Source of the DNA: Octopus vulgaris
Taxonomy: Eukaryota
Assembly (NCBI GenBank): GCA_951406725.2
Contig: OX597824.1
Coordinates: 89,528,001 to 89,592,000, forward strand
DNA length: 64,000 nucleotides
Direction of reading: 5' to 3'
Below are positions 28,813 through 42,799 of the stretch, in pieces. A program made the translations under genes and the position numbers. Under the pieces are notes generated by a model. It worked only from the letters and a program-made list of their open reading frames with translations. It ran no database searches and was not told the origin of the DNA. Every line of letters starts with the position of its first letter. Within the stretch, counting starts at the first letter, position 1.

Positions 28813-29235
28813 GTAAGTTATAAATTCGACATTTTTATATTTTCACATAATCATACATACATACATACATACATACATACATACATACATACATACATAC
28901 ATACATACACACACATACATACATACATACATACATATATACATATATATTTCTTTACTACCCACAAGGGGCTAAACACAAAGGGGACAAACAAGGACAG
29001 CCAAACGGATTAAGTCGATTATATCGACTCCAGTGCGTAACTGGTGCTTAATTTATCGACCCCGAAAGGATGAAAGGCAAAGTCGACCTCGGCGAAATTT
29101 GAACTCAGAACGCAGCGGCGGACGAAATACCGCTCAGCATTTCGCTCGGCGCGCTAACATTTCTGCCAGGTCGCCGCCTTTTACATATATACATATATGC
29201 ATGCAAGCATACATACATACCTCCCCCTACATATA

Positions 29236-29531
29236 TCTTTATATATAAAGGTAAGGTTGTGTGTCTGTCTCCTACGATTTAGATTCCTAACTACTCCCAC
29301 ATTTTGCGGTGCAGTTTAACCAAAACCGAGGTTTCTTATAGTCGTGATTCATATCGAGCCCTTCTGGGTATTAGCGCGCGTCTACGATGAGTCTACGATT
29401 TAAAAAAAATTTACCATAATTTTTTTTCCATTTTTAATGCATTTTTTTGCTATTTTTTTGCTATAACTCTCTAAAATGCTTATATAGTTATTTCCCTTAC
29501 AAACCCGAGCAACGCCGGGCGATACTGCTAG
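29236..29531 (+). mobile_element. Non-autonomous Helitron
   Basis: A|TC start, subterminal hairpin CCCGAGCAACGCCGGG, CTAG|T end, no TSD. Confidence 0.85.
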
Positions 29532-29557
29532 TATATATATATATATATATATATAAC

Positions 29558-29611
<54 letters not shown>

Positions 29612-29729
29612 CATACATACATACATACATACATACATACATACATACACACACACACGTACATACACACACATACATACAGACACGAGCGGAAAGCTCA
29701 AAAAATTAAAGTAGTGAGACGATTTCATC

Positions 29730-30030
29730 GTTTCTATGAAAAACTTTTCTTGTCTTTCCTGTGAGTTTTTCCGGTATCTACTTTGCTGTGACTGTTTGTC
29801 TGTGATTTAGTTTCCTTATGAATTTTTGTCTGTTACATTTTCTGTGACGTTTCCCTCTTAATTTTTTTCCTGTCACTATTCTGTGACATTTTCCGTGTAA
29901 CACATTTTTGTGATTATTTCTCGTGATTCTTGCTCTTATAACTTTTTCCTCATACTTATTTCTGCGAGTTTTTCCTGTAAGTTAATTTCATAACATTTCC
30001 CCTGTCACTTTCTTCCTGTAACTTAAGACT
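29730..30030. repeat. Degenerate ~20-bp tandem repeat (ttttcctgtgac-like)
   Basis: Recurring tttt(c)ctgtga/ctgtca units. Confidence 0.55.
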
Positions 30031-30481
30031 TCTCATTCCCCTTTTACTCTCTGATGTTCTCTTCTGTCTTATGATACTCCTGGGACTTTTTCCAGTTACT
30101 CCCACTCGAGCATAGAGCCTCAGTTTGTTTAGCCACTCCTAGCAGCTCATCTGTTGCACCGAGGCAATTTTCCCTTGTGTAGTGGCGTCGAATTCCCTCG
30201 AGTTTGGATTCCAGAGGCGACAATAATTGGGACCACTGATCATCCACACGACTGACCACAGTGTTTTCCAGAGGGGTTGCATGCTTTCTTCTTTCCGTGT
30301 TCTGAATAATGTGAAGGTCCAACCAATCAGTCGTCTGCTCACATACACACACACATACATACATACATACGCATGTATACATATATTCATATGGCCACAG
30401 ATCGTGAGCTGAAACTAGATGAAATAATATATAGCTATGTATTGTAATGTATATAAGCATGTATATATATACATACACATA

Positions 30482-32637
30482 TGCTCCTACTGAACATCAG
30501 AGGACTGCTAACACTCAGTAACAGGACAAAAATCCCGTTCTTGAGAGACTTTGTTGCATGCAATCAAGCCTTATGCATAGCACCTGAAACCGGACATAGC
30601 AGATGCGGAATTACACATACCACAGTATGTTGTACTACGAACCGACAGAAAAGATAAGAGTCATGGAGGAGTTGCTATGTACATCCGTGAGGACCTCACA
30701 CCCCAGGTCCTTTTGTCATACTCAAACTCGGTGTGTGACACACTAATTGTACATATAAGGCAACTTGGTGTAGTTGTGTGTGCTATATATCGCCCTCCAG
30801 ATGCCCCAAACCATGTAGGCAAGTTGAAGACTGCCTTATAAAAATAGAAGAAGTTCTAGTCACATTAGAACAACACATAAGTGTACTTCTTATGGGAGAC
30901 TTCAATCTACCCAATGTCAGATGGCCCGAGGGCCTTTCTCTCCCAGGAATGACACGATGTGAACGAGGACAGGCGAGGTCCCTCCTGAACCTCATCAACA
31001 CCTTGTACATGGAACAAGTAATACTCCAACCAACCAGGGCAGGTAACACACTGGATCTCCGCTTCACAAATAATATGGATCTCATCCATAATGTGAAAGT
31101 GACACCGACACTACTCTCGGATCACAACATGGTAGAGCTGACCATGTACGGGCCAACTCTCGGATCACAACATGGTAGAGCTGACCATGTACGGGCCAAA
31201 GGAAAGCATGGACATGCAGCCTATAAGAAACTCTCAGAATCTTTCCAGCTTGAACTGGAAACAAATTGAGAAAGAGATCCTTAAACAAAACTGGCCTAAA
31301 TGTCTCTCCTCGCCAGACATCGACGTGAAACTTCAACAATTCATGTCTGTAATGCAAGCCATATGCTACAAATGTGTCCCAGAGAGAAAGGCCACTGTAC
31401 ACAAGAACAAAATCCCCAGAGAGAGGAAAATTTTAATGAGAAGGCGTACAAAAATTTCAAATCGCCTAAACAAACAAATTGAAAGCAGTGAAAAGTCCCG
31501 CCTGAAAATAAAACTGTTGGAAATTGAAAAATGTCTGCAACTCTCCCATGAAAAGGAAAGAGCAGACAAAGAAGCCTGGGCTATAGACAACATAAAATCT
31601 AACCCCAGAGCTTTCTACAGGTATGCCAAAGAAACAGCTACGGTGCACTGTAGGATAGGGCCACTCCTTGAAAAGGATGGCACACTCACAGGAAGTCCAA
31701 TGAGGGTAAGTGAAATACTGAATGAGCAATTCAAGAGTGTTTTCACTCCACCCCTTGGGCATTTCCAAATCACCAATCCAACTGACTTCTTTACCACTGC
31801 AGATATAAAATCAGAGGCAGCAATGATTGATTACATCAATATAAAGGAAGACGATGTAATAAAGGCTATAGATGAAATGAAAACAAACTCAGCTACTGGC
31901 CCCGATGGATTCCCGGCAATCCTCCTAAAAGTATATAAGAGAGTCCTAGCAAGACCACTGCAGTTCCTCTTTCAGAGCTTCCAAGAAAACTGAAGGAAGG
32001 TAAAATATGCCCTATTCATAAAGGAGGTAGCAGAGCGGAGGCCAAGAACTACAGACCTATCTCTCTGACCTCACACATCAGCAAGGTCATGGAACGAATA
32101 GTCAGAAGGAAACTGATCACCTTCCTTGAAGAAAATGACTTGCTGCCTGACACCCAACATGGTTTCCGACCAGGAAGAAGCTGCTTAACTCAGCTCCTAC
32201 AACAGTATGACTGAGTGCTGAAACGACTGCTCAACCACTCAAATGTGGAAGTGATATATCTCGACTTTGCAAAGGCCTTTGATAAAGTCGATCATGGAAT
32301 GATATGTCACAAACTGCGTGATCTTAGCATAGTTGGAAAACTGGGAGAACGGCTTCATGACTTTCTGAAGGATAGAAGTCAGGTGGTAGTAGCCAATGGG
32401 GCCACTTCCATTAACACGCAAATAGTGAGCGGTGTTCCGCAGGGCACTGTTTTGGGACCACTACTGTTCATAATGGCTCTCCCAGACATGCCCCCAGCCA
32501 CGCAGAGAGCCACGATCACAAGTTATGCAGATGATACAAAAGTTTCACAGGCAATACAGAACCCTGAAGACACTAAACGCCTGCAATGTGAGCTGGACAA
32601 AATATACAAGTGGGCTGAAAAGAATAGCATGCAGTGA
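30482..32637 (+). mobile_element. CR1/L2-group LINE ORF2 pseudogene (APE endonuclease + RT), 3'-truncated
   Basis: LLNIRGL, GGVAMY, IYRPP, MGDFNLP, GNTLDL, SDHN; YLDFAKAFDKVDH, SGVPQGTVLGPLLF, YADD; frameshifts and a 43-bp tandem duplication at 31114-31199. Confidence 0.95.
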
Positions 32638-32926
32638 CAGTAGAGGTACAGGTGTCAATCCATACGGCCATTTCTAATTAATGAAAACATTACATCATTG
32701 TAAAGAAACCGTTTTCGTCAGACGAATTCATGAACTTCAAAATAAAGGACATTCAAAATGTTTTAACGCCTAAATATAGACGCAGGCATGGCTGTGTGGT
32801 AAGAAGTTTGCTTCCCAACCACATGGTTCCGGGTTCAGTCCCACTGCATGGCATTTTGACTATACTTTCGGGCTGACCAAAGCCGTGTGACTGGGTTTGG
32901 TAGATGGAAAATGAACGAAGTTCGTC

Positions 32927-32967
<41 letters not shown>

Positions 32968-34036
32968 AATTAAATTAGAGATAAAACCACAATTAGGCAA
33001 ATCAAACAATGAAAAACATAAAAATAAACATAATTAATATAATATACAAAATATATAAAATATAAAATTGAAAATTGGAATTATTTAAATTTAAAATTTT
33101 TAATTTATATTTATAAATTTTTATATTTTTTAAATTTTGAATTAATAAATTTTTAAATTTTTAAATATATATATATATATATAAAATAATTATTTCAAAG
33201 TTTTGGCACAAGGGGAGCTTGGGGGAAGTGGGGCTGAATCGATTACATCGACCCCAGTACGCAACTAGTACTTATTTTATCGACCCCGAAATTTTGAAAA
33301 GCAAAGTCGACCTCGGCGGAATTTGAATTCAGAACGTAGCAACGGGCGAAATACCCCTAAGCATTTCGTCCAACGTGCTAACGATTCTGCCAACTCGCTG
33401 AAGTTGCAACGTATATAATAACAAATTCTTGACATTTACATACAAATGCTTGAACAATCGACACACAACGGCTTTCTTCTGAGTAGGTCTTTACGTAAGA
33501 AGAATAGAAACCTGAAACCTGGGCGAAAACAATCTCACTCAAATGTTATGGTCCTAAGATGGAAACGGATCTCGGCGTTTCAGACGTAAAGACCAATGTG
33601 TAACAATGATATCTAAAACACAAGAACAGGACGTAACGCGTTGGAATTTTATCGTTTGCAACTGAGAGGAAGTAGTCGAGAAGTAGTTCCGTGTAAGGAG
33701 CAAAGAGAACGGCACCCCAAGCACGATCAAGGAGTCATTGACCGATGCAATACTGGCGTCTGAGACAATCTGCAAGGCTGAAGAACGTGTATGCTGATAT
33801 CTTACATCCGCTTTGTGGCAATGACGAATGCCTGGCTACCGGAGTAAGGATGTTTGTTTGAAGTGTCGAGTATGTATGCTGTGGGGTTTGAAAACAAAGC
33901 GCTCTGAAACCCGCTAAACCACCTTCCTGCCATCTAGAAACTTCGGAATGCGAAGGTGAAACTAAGCGGTCAACGATGTTGCAGATTTGATAACTTCCGT
34001 GCATCAAGAGTCAAGATTTTTTTTATCTGTGGCTTG

Positions 34037-34150
<114 letters not shown>

Positions 34151-34524
34151 ACGCACACACACACACACACACACAGACACACACACAAACACACACACAC
34201 ATACACACGCACACATACACATTACTGCTATACATACAAACACTCACATACACACACACAGAGACACACATACACACACACAGACACACGCATACACACA
34301 CACACATAGACACACACACACACATAGACACACACACACACATAGACACACACACACACACATAGACACATACACACATATAGACACACACACACACATA
34401 GACACACACTCATAGACACACACACATAGACACACACACACATAGACACACAACTGCTATACATACAAACGCTCACATACACACACACTACTATTATACG
34501 TACATACACAGATGTATATACATA

Positions 34525-34645
<121 letters not shown>

Positions 34646-36443
34646 TTTATTTTAAGCAGCAGAAAATTCAACAAAATCTGTTACTCTGAGTTTCTCGTTG
34701 CCGATCCTTGTATATACATATGCGTATATCTATCTATTTGTATGTCTGTTTGTTTTGTTCTGTGGTCCTCAACCACACTTTGCCTACGGACCCCTTTCAC
34801 TACGATTTTATTCTTGTGGAGCCCCACCCCTAACCATTAGATGTTTAAAAACTAGTTTGCTTTCCACACATGAACTTGTTTAGGTTGAACCGTGTCAAAT
34901 GTTAAAGAAACGAACCCAGCTGATTCTTGATGTATGGACACTTAAAGCTGAGCTCAAATTCCGCAAAGCTCGACTTTGTCTTGCATCCTTTCGGGGCCGA
35001 TAAATTAAGTACCAGTTGTGTACCGGGGTCGATCTAGTCGACTGGTCCCCTCCCCCCCCAAAATAAAATTATATATACATTTATATATATATATATATAC
35101 ATATATGCATATATACATATATGCATATATACATATCATGTGATCACGTGACCGACCAGACCATCAGATGTTGTTACATATCGCTGGTCACAATGCGTTC
35201 GCATTGTTTTAGCCTTCGGATGACGCCACTCCGCTGGCTAAGCGAGCAGGCCAACAGAAGAAAGAGTGGGAGAAAGAGTGGTGAAAGAGTACAGCAGGGA
35301 TCACTACCCCCTGCCGTAGCCTAGTGGAGCTTTTTAGGTGTTTTCGCTCAATAAACACACACAACGCCCGGTCTGGGAATCGAAACCGCGATCCTGCGAC
35401 CACGAGTCCTCTGCCCTAACCACTAGGCCATTGCGCCTCCACATATATACATATATATAGGGAAAATTCACGAAAATAAAACAAAAGATGAAGACAGGTG
35501 GTTTAGAAAACAAACAGATGTATTAGTATAACACTCGGGAATTGAAAAACACACGCACACATATATACATATATGTATATATGTATACACAAACATATTG
35601 ATACATACATGTACATTTATATATATACATACATACACACACCCATACATATATACATATATGTATATATGTATCTAAATATATATATAAACACACATAC
35701 ACACACATATATATATATATCTTTTCACTTTTTAGACTAGTAGTGGAATATCTTTCAGAGATGTATTGATGTTTCCGATGAGTACATATGTATAAATTAT
35801 CCACCTGGGTACCGTACGAGCACCCCGATATAGTCCAGGTGTAGACTGAATGCATCGAATAGTTAGAAGTCCCTGGGATTACTTAGGGTCGGCATTTCCA
35901 TTAGAATTCAACCGATGGGTAAATCCTGATATTTAAATACGTGATCAATGTCATTCTCGTTACTGTGCACGCATTTCATTTATCAAATCTAGACTAAACA
36001 AATTTATTTTTTAACTGGGAATTACGTTTATTTGTATAGCTTTTAGAGACGGGTTTTCGAGACGGGTTTTTCTATTTTCTCTTCGATCCAACGTCATAGT
36101 CACAAAACTCACTGATTGTTAATTCCTAATTAGGACAATAAGGTGGAGGCATCATAACCTTCATTGCTGACAGGCCCTAAAACCATGACAGTTGTAGGAA
36201 ATTTTGTATGCATAACAGTTAGAGCTTCAGAACTGTTTACACATAACCAGCTGTCAAATTCTACTTTTAACCCTTTGACCTTGGTCGAAGATTTTCTCGT
36301 TTGGGAAAAACCAAATCAAATCTACTGCTTGATTTTTTTCAGTTTGATTAAGAACCTTTTAGATCCGATGAAGTGATTTTCTTTCCCTTTTTCGGACAAA
36401 TTGACCTTTCAGCAACAACAGCCACAACGTCAATTATATAAAA

Positions 36444-37045
36444 CTAGCAGTATCGCCCGGCGTTGCTCGGGTTTGTAAGGGAAATAACTATATAAGCATT
36501 TTTAGAGAGTTATAGCCAAAAAATAGCAACAAAATGCATTAAAAATGGAAAAAAAATTATGGTAATTTTTTTTTAAATCGTAGACTCATCGTAGACATTT
36601 TTAGAGAGTTACTTCCCTTATATAATAGCGAAAAAATGCATTAAAATGGAAAAAAATGATGGTAAATTTTTTTTAAAAATCGTTGACTCATCGTAGACAT
36701 TTTTAGAGAGTTACTTCCCTTATATGATAGCGAAAAAATGCATTAAAATGGAAAAAAATGATGGTAAATTTTTTTTAAAAATCGTTGACTCATCGTAGAC
36801 ATTTTTAGAGAGTTACTTCCCTTATATGATAGCGAAAAAAATGCATTAAAATGGAAAAAAATAATGGTAAATTTTTTTAAAATTCGTAGACTCATCGTAG
36901 ACGCGCGCTAATACCCAGAAGGGCTCGATATGAATCACGACTATAAGATACCCGGTTTTGGTTAAACTGCACCGCAAAATGTGGGAGTAGTTATGAATCT
37001 AAATCGTAGGAGACAGACACACAACTTCACTTTTATATATAAAGA
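36444..37045 (-). mobile_element. Non-autonomous Helitron, same family as 29236, with ~4 internal ~102-bp tandem units
   Basis: Same TC/hairpin/CTAG termini; unit catttttagagagtta...ctcatcgtaga repeated over 36497-36901. Confidence 0.88.
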
Positions 37046-37733
37046 TAAAGCATTTAAAACCTGTTTGAAACTGCAGAGTAAAAATGACTGATGGTATTTC
37101 GCATAACGCATCCATTGTATTCGTGTGTCTTTGCAGCTGATCATATGTATGTAAGGCGCATGCGTAGCGGAGTGGCAAGAAGGCGGCGAGCTGGCAGAAA
37201 CGTTAGCACTCCGGGCGAAATGCTTAGCGGAATTTCGTCCGCCGTTACGTCCTGAGTTCAAAGTCCGCCGAGGTCGACTTTGCCTCTCATCCTTTCGAGG
37301 TCGATAAATTAAGTACCAGTCATGCCCTGGGATCGATATAATCGACTTAATCCGTTTGTCTGTCCTTGTTTGTCTTCTCTGTGTTTAGCCCCTTGTGTGT
37401 AGTAAAGAAATAGGTATTTCGTCTGCCGCTACATCCTGAGTTCAAATTCCACTGAGGTCGACTTTGCCTTTCATCCTTTCGGGGTCGATTAAATAAGTAC
37501 CAGTTACGCACTGGGGTCGATATGATTGACTTAATCCCTTTGTCTGTCTTTCTTTGTCCGCTCTATGTTTAGCCCCTTGTGGGCAATAAAGAAATAAGTT
37601 TGTTTCGTATGCCTAAGGTTTTAGATTCAATCCCACTGCGTAGCACCTTGGGCAAGTGTGTTTTCCTATAACCTCTAGCCGACCAAAGTCTTGTGAGTGG
37701 ATCTGGTAAACTGAAAATGAAAGAAGCTCGTTG

Positions 37734-37799
<66 letters not shown>

Positions 37800-38338
37800 T
37801 GTCTGCGTATACATGCATATATATATATGTGTGTATGTGTGTGTGCGTATGTGTGTGTGTGTGTCAATACATATGTATGTTTGTATGTATACATGTATGT
37901 ATATATGTATATATATGTATATATATGATTGCGTATGTATGTGTATACACACATACACACGCAGACACACACACACACATATATATATATATACACACAT
38001 ATATATGCATCTGTGTGTACTTGTGTTTTTGTCTCCCATCTCCGCCTGACAGCCGGTGTTGGGATGTTTACGTCCCCGTAACTTAGCTATTCAGCAAAAG
38101 AGATAGAATAAGTACCAGGCTTTAAAACGCTCTGGGATCAATCTGTTTCATTATAATTAATCAAGGTGGTGCTCCAGCATGGCTGCAATCCAATGACTGA
38201 AAGAAACAATAGATAAAAGATGTATCTATGCTTGTGTGTGTGTGTGTGTGTTGTGCGTGTGGGTGTTTGCTTATAGTAATCAATAACTTTGTTATCGATA
38301 TCTTTATTGACTGTAATTTTACTTATCAATTTTTTCAG

Positions 38339-38422
38339 ATCCGGCTGATAGTAGAATGGGCCGTCGTCGATGCAGATAATACACCTGTTTTTTGTATTAA
38401 AATTCCCGCCCTTATACAATAA
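38339..38422 (+). CDS. NPC2: NPC2 terminal coding exon (IRLIVEWAVVDADNTPVFCIKIPALIQ*)
   Basis: Acceptor tttttcag|, phase 0; matches the NPC2 C-terminus (I-x-L-x-VEW...FC-x-x-IP); total CDS 450 nt = 149 aa + stop. Confidence 0.95.
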   Translation: MRLIVEWAVVDADNTPVFCIKIPALIQ

Positions 38423-38424
38423 GT

Positions 38425-38467
<43 letters not shown>

Positions 38468-38638
38468 GCGCTGTTGTCAGCAGAACCCAGAGAATATAAT
38501 TGTAACAGCAACAACAACAACAACAACAATAACAACAATAGTCAAGACGAAGAGTGCGCTTCGATTGTAACAGATATTTTATTGGTTGAACGATATTTGA
38601 CTGTTTACCTTTGTGAAGAGTTACGTCAATCCTTTTTC

Positions 38639-38694
<56 letters not shown>

Positions 38695-38908
38695 GTAATG
38701 ATAATCATAGTACTGATAACGATAATAGTAACAACAATGGCGACAACAACTACAATAGCAGTAACAAAACTAGTTTCTGTAATGTTATACCTCATTATTT
38801 GATGTAATTGAAAGAATTGGCCCTTAAGCATTTTATGATTAGTTCCTTGTCACATCCTCTGTCTAGATCTTGGGTGTTTGGTATTGATCGATTCGATGAT
38901 GTTTGATT

Positions 38909-38914
38909 AATAAA
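38909..38914 (+). terminator. Candidate polyadenylation signal of NPC2
   Basis: AATAAA ~490 nt after the stop, followed by U/GU-rich sequence. Confidence 0.35.
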
Positions 38915-39871
38915 GATCTTCCCGTTTAGCAGGTTCTTTGTTGTAATGTTTATGTCGCGGGTTTCGTAGCTTTTATGTCTTATTTTCTTTTCAGTCTTTT
39001 ACTTTTGAAGAGTTTTTTTTTTTTTGTCTATCGAAAGAAATTGATAGAATGAGCTCCATCCAGTACAGCTGCGGTCCAGTTACTGAATCAAGTAAAAGAT
39101 AAAAGCCGCATACGTGCATGCGGACGCACGCACACACACACACACGAAACTAGGAAATAATGCGCCGCGGCCCACCTTTGAGAGCCACTGTTCTCCGAAT
39201 CGTACCAATTGGCGTCTGTACAGCAGCTATTCGCTATTGAACTTAACTAAAATTTACTTTGCCTTTGGGTATGACTGCCTTGATGAGCGAGTGACTGCAT
39301 CAAACGCTTGATATATTTCTTTACTACCCACAAGGGGCTAAACACAGAGGGGACAAACAAGGACAGACAAAGGGATTAAGTCGATTACATCGACCCCAGT
39401 ACGTAACTGGTACTTAATTTATCGACCCCCGAAAGGATGAAAGGCAAAGTTGACCTCGGCGGAATTTGAACTCGGAACATAACGACAGACGAAATACGGC
39501 TACGCATTTCGCTCGGCGTGCTAACGTTTCTGCCAGCTCGCCATCAAACGCTTAATATAAACGTGAATTAGAAATATCAGATCGGACAAGATTTAAAAGA
39601 ATCAGCGAGTTGTGACGTCGTAATACACCAAGAAAAATGTCATAAATAAATCTTTTATTTTTATCCATAACTTGATTCAATCATAAGACAGTGGCCAGGC
39701 TGGAGCACCAATTTGAAGAATTTTAAGTCTAATAAACTGATTCCAATATTCATTACTTGTTTTAAAGTATGGTACTGTTCCTATCAGCAGTTTCTTTTAC
39801 TGGACCGCCACGACTGACCGCTAACTCCACAAGTTTTTTAAAATTCTCTCACTGTTTATTTCCTCGTGTAC

Positions 39872-39907
39872 CTTTCTGTTGAAGAGCATAAGCTCGAAAT
39901 GTAAAAG
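39872..39907 (+). ncRNA. Degenerate minimal hammerhead-like motif (related copy ~54442-54477 on -)
   Basis: CTTT-CTGTTGA-A-GAGC-ATAA-GCTC-GAAA-TG-TA-AAAG. Confidence 0.4.
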
Positions 39908-39993
39908 ACTTTCTCACCTTTCCGAGCGTCAAACTAATACACCTGCTTGTTGTTTATACACCCGTCTTCGTCTTTTGTTTTTCCGTAAATTTA

Positions 39994-40034
<41 letters not shown>

Positions 40035-40036
<2 letters not shown>

Positions 40037-40196
40037 GTATTTTAACGTGCATAAGGAACCCCTGATTTTTGGGGGCTAAAATTTAGAAAGCAGGTTTGGT
40101 AAGGGATTATACTACTATTCCTGTACAAGAAACTCCTATATTTTTAAACCTAGTTTTTGATTAAAAAAAGGGTTCGTTATACACATCAAAATACGA
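40035..40196. mobile_element. pogo/Tigger-like MITE
   Basis: TA-flanked TIRs CCGTATTTTAACGTGCATAA / TTATACACATCAAAATACGA. Confidence 0.6.
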
Positions 40197-40246
40197 TATA
40201 CATAATACATACATACATACATACATGCATACATATATATATACAT

Positions 40247-40309
<63 letters not shown>

Positions 40310-40944
40310 TACGATGGCCTTCTTTCAGTTTCCGTCAACCAAGTCTAGTCACAAGGCTTTGGTCGGCCCGGGTGCTATAGTTGAAGACAATTGCCCGAGG
40401 TGCTACGCAGTGGGACTGAATCCGGAACCGTGTGGTTAGAAACCATGATTCTTGCCATACAGCCACGACTATAAAGGTCAACATAAAAGAAAGAATGCAC
40501 GAATTTCTAAAACACTCAGAATACCTTCAAGAGAGACTGACACCATAGCTAGCACACATGAACGAAACGAATATGGTTTAGAATTAAGTACCATGAATTC
40601 GCTAATTGCTTTAAGTGTCCATGAAACTGCGAGCAGACGTAAATACCCACTATTTTTCAAAATATTTAACTAATAGATATACATAACTACTATTATAATT
40701 ACAATTCATATACGTAATTACGTGGAGGCGTAGTGGCCCAGTGGTTAGGGCTGCGGACTCGCGGTTTCGATTCCCAGAACGGACGTTATGAGTGTTTATT
40801 GAGCGAAAACACCTAAAGCTTCACCGAGTACAAGAGCAATGTTCCTCGGTGCGCTATCAGGATATCACTGGTTTACACACACACACACACACACGCGCGC
40901 GCGCGCACCCACACACGCATTCTCTAATTTTGTCTATTCTGTAA

Positions 40945-41560
40945 GGGAGCGAGCTGGCAGAAACGTTAGCGCGCCGGGCGAAATGCTTAGTGGTATTTCG
41001 TCTGCCGCTGCGTTCTGAGTTCAAATTCCGCCGAGGTAGACTTTACCTTTCATCCTTTCGGGGTCGATAAATTAAGTACCAGTTACGCACTGGGTCGATG
41101 TAATCGATTTAATCCGTTTGACTGTACTTGTTTGTCCCCTCTATGTTTATTCCCTTGTGGGCAATAAAGAAATAAGAAACGTTAGCATACCGGACGCAAT
41201 GCTTTGTGGTATTTCGTCTGTCTTTACATTCTGAGTTCAAATTTCACCGAGGTCGACTTTGCCTTTCATCCTTTCGGGGTCGATAAATTAAGTACCAGTT
41301 ACGCACTGGGGTCGATATAATCGACTTAATTCATCTGTCTGTCCTTGTTTGTCCCCTCTGCGTTTAGCCCCTTGTGGGTAGTAAAGAAATAGGTATTTCG
41401 TCTGCCACTACGTTCTGAGTTCAAATTCCGCCGAGGTCGACTTTACCTTTCATCCTTTCAGGATCCATAAATTAAGTACCAGTTGCATACTGGGATCGAT
41501 CTAATCGACAGGTCCCCATACCGCAGAATTTCGGGCCTTGTGCCTAGAGTAGAAAAGAAT
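40945..41560 (+). mobile_element. SINE family B, trimeric representative (other copies ~437-752-, 11113-11472+, 20297-20440+, 20447-20680-, 22637-22800+, 23345-23575-, 28948-29180-, 33200-33400-, 37181-37597+, 39313-39543-, 48603-48837+, 59690-60048-, 61967-62422-)
   Basis: Head ggcggcgagctggcagaa..gttagc, B-box-like gagttcaaattcc, core gcctttcatcctttcggggtcgataaattaagtaccag; frequent internal tandem multimers. Confidence 0.9.
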
Positions 41561-42094
41561 TTTATCTGTTCAGTCAAAGTCTTGTGGCTTCGTTCATATG
41601 TCTAGTTAATGGTCAAACGGAGGACATCGGATATTGAAGATGGCCGTTTCGAGTAAGAATTTAGAGTGAGTAAGAGAGAAGGAGGGAGAGGGGAGAGAGA
41701 GAGAGGAGAGAGGAGAGAGAGAGAGAAAGAGAGAACATCACTGGGAAAACATGACACAAAACGTCACAAGAAGTCACATGAAATTTTCTATGACTAATTA
41801 ACATGTTTTCTCTGTTCATGAACCATTAAACAGGGTTCTCCGCATTTGTGTGTAATGTCAGTATAAAAATAGAATGGTTGTGAAATGCAAGTCACGTATT
41901 GCCCAATAACAATCGACTTATGAATTCTTTAATTACTTTTATAGCATTTAAAATGAATGGCGACTGATTTGCCTCGCCTAAACTGAAGCGTTTTTTTACT
42001 ATATTTTTGCTTGTGATATTTTCTCCCGAGACGATACGGCAGTATTTTTTTTCTCTCGTCAGTGAACAGGTTAAACACACACACACATACACAT

Positions 42095-42177
<83 letters not shown>

Positions 42178-42643
42178 AACAAACACACGCACATGTTATA
42201 TCTTTTATTTTCATTTTACTTGCTTCACCATTTGACCGCGGCCATGCTGGAGCACCGCATTTAGTCGAACAAATCTACCCCGGGACTGATTCTTTGTAAG
42301 CCTACTACTTATTCTGTCAATTATATTTAAAATAGGTCAATAGTAAATCTCCATTTTCTTTTAATTTTGTATATATATATATCACTTGACCACACACGTG
42401 ACCAATCAGGTTATTGAATGTTGTTACACATTGCTTGTCACAGTGCGTTTTTTTGCATTGTTTTAGCTTTCAAACTGCTGGCTAGGTGAGCAGGTCAACA
42501 TTTACCCCGAATTTAAAGGGTCATTAGAGCAACGTGAAATGAAGTGTCTTGCTCAAGTATACAACACGCCACCCAATCAGGGAATCGAACTCACAATCTA
42601 GCAATCGTGAACGTAACAGCCTGACCATTAGGCTACGCACTTT

Positions 42644-42686
<43 letters not shown>

Positions 42687-42799
42687 GCACACACACGCAT
42701 ATATATATATATATACGCACACATACACACATACATACACACATACACGCACACACACACACACACACATCTGATGGATTCTCTTGTGAACGACAAATG

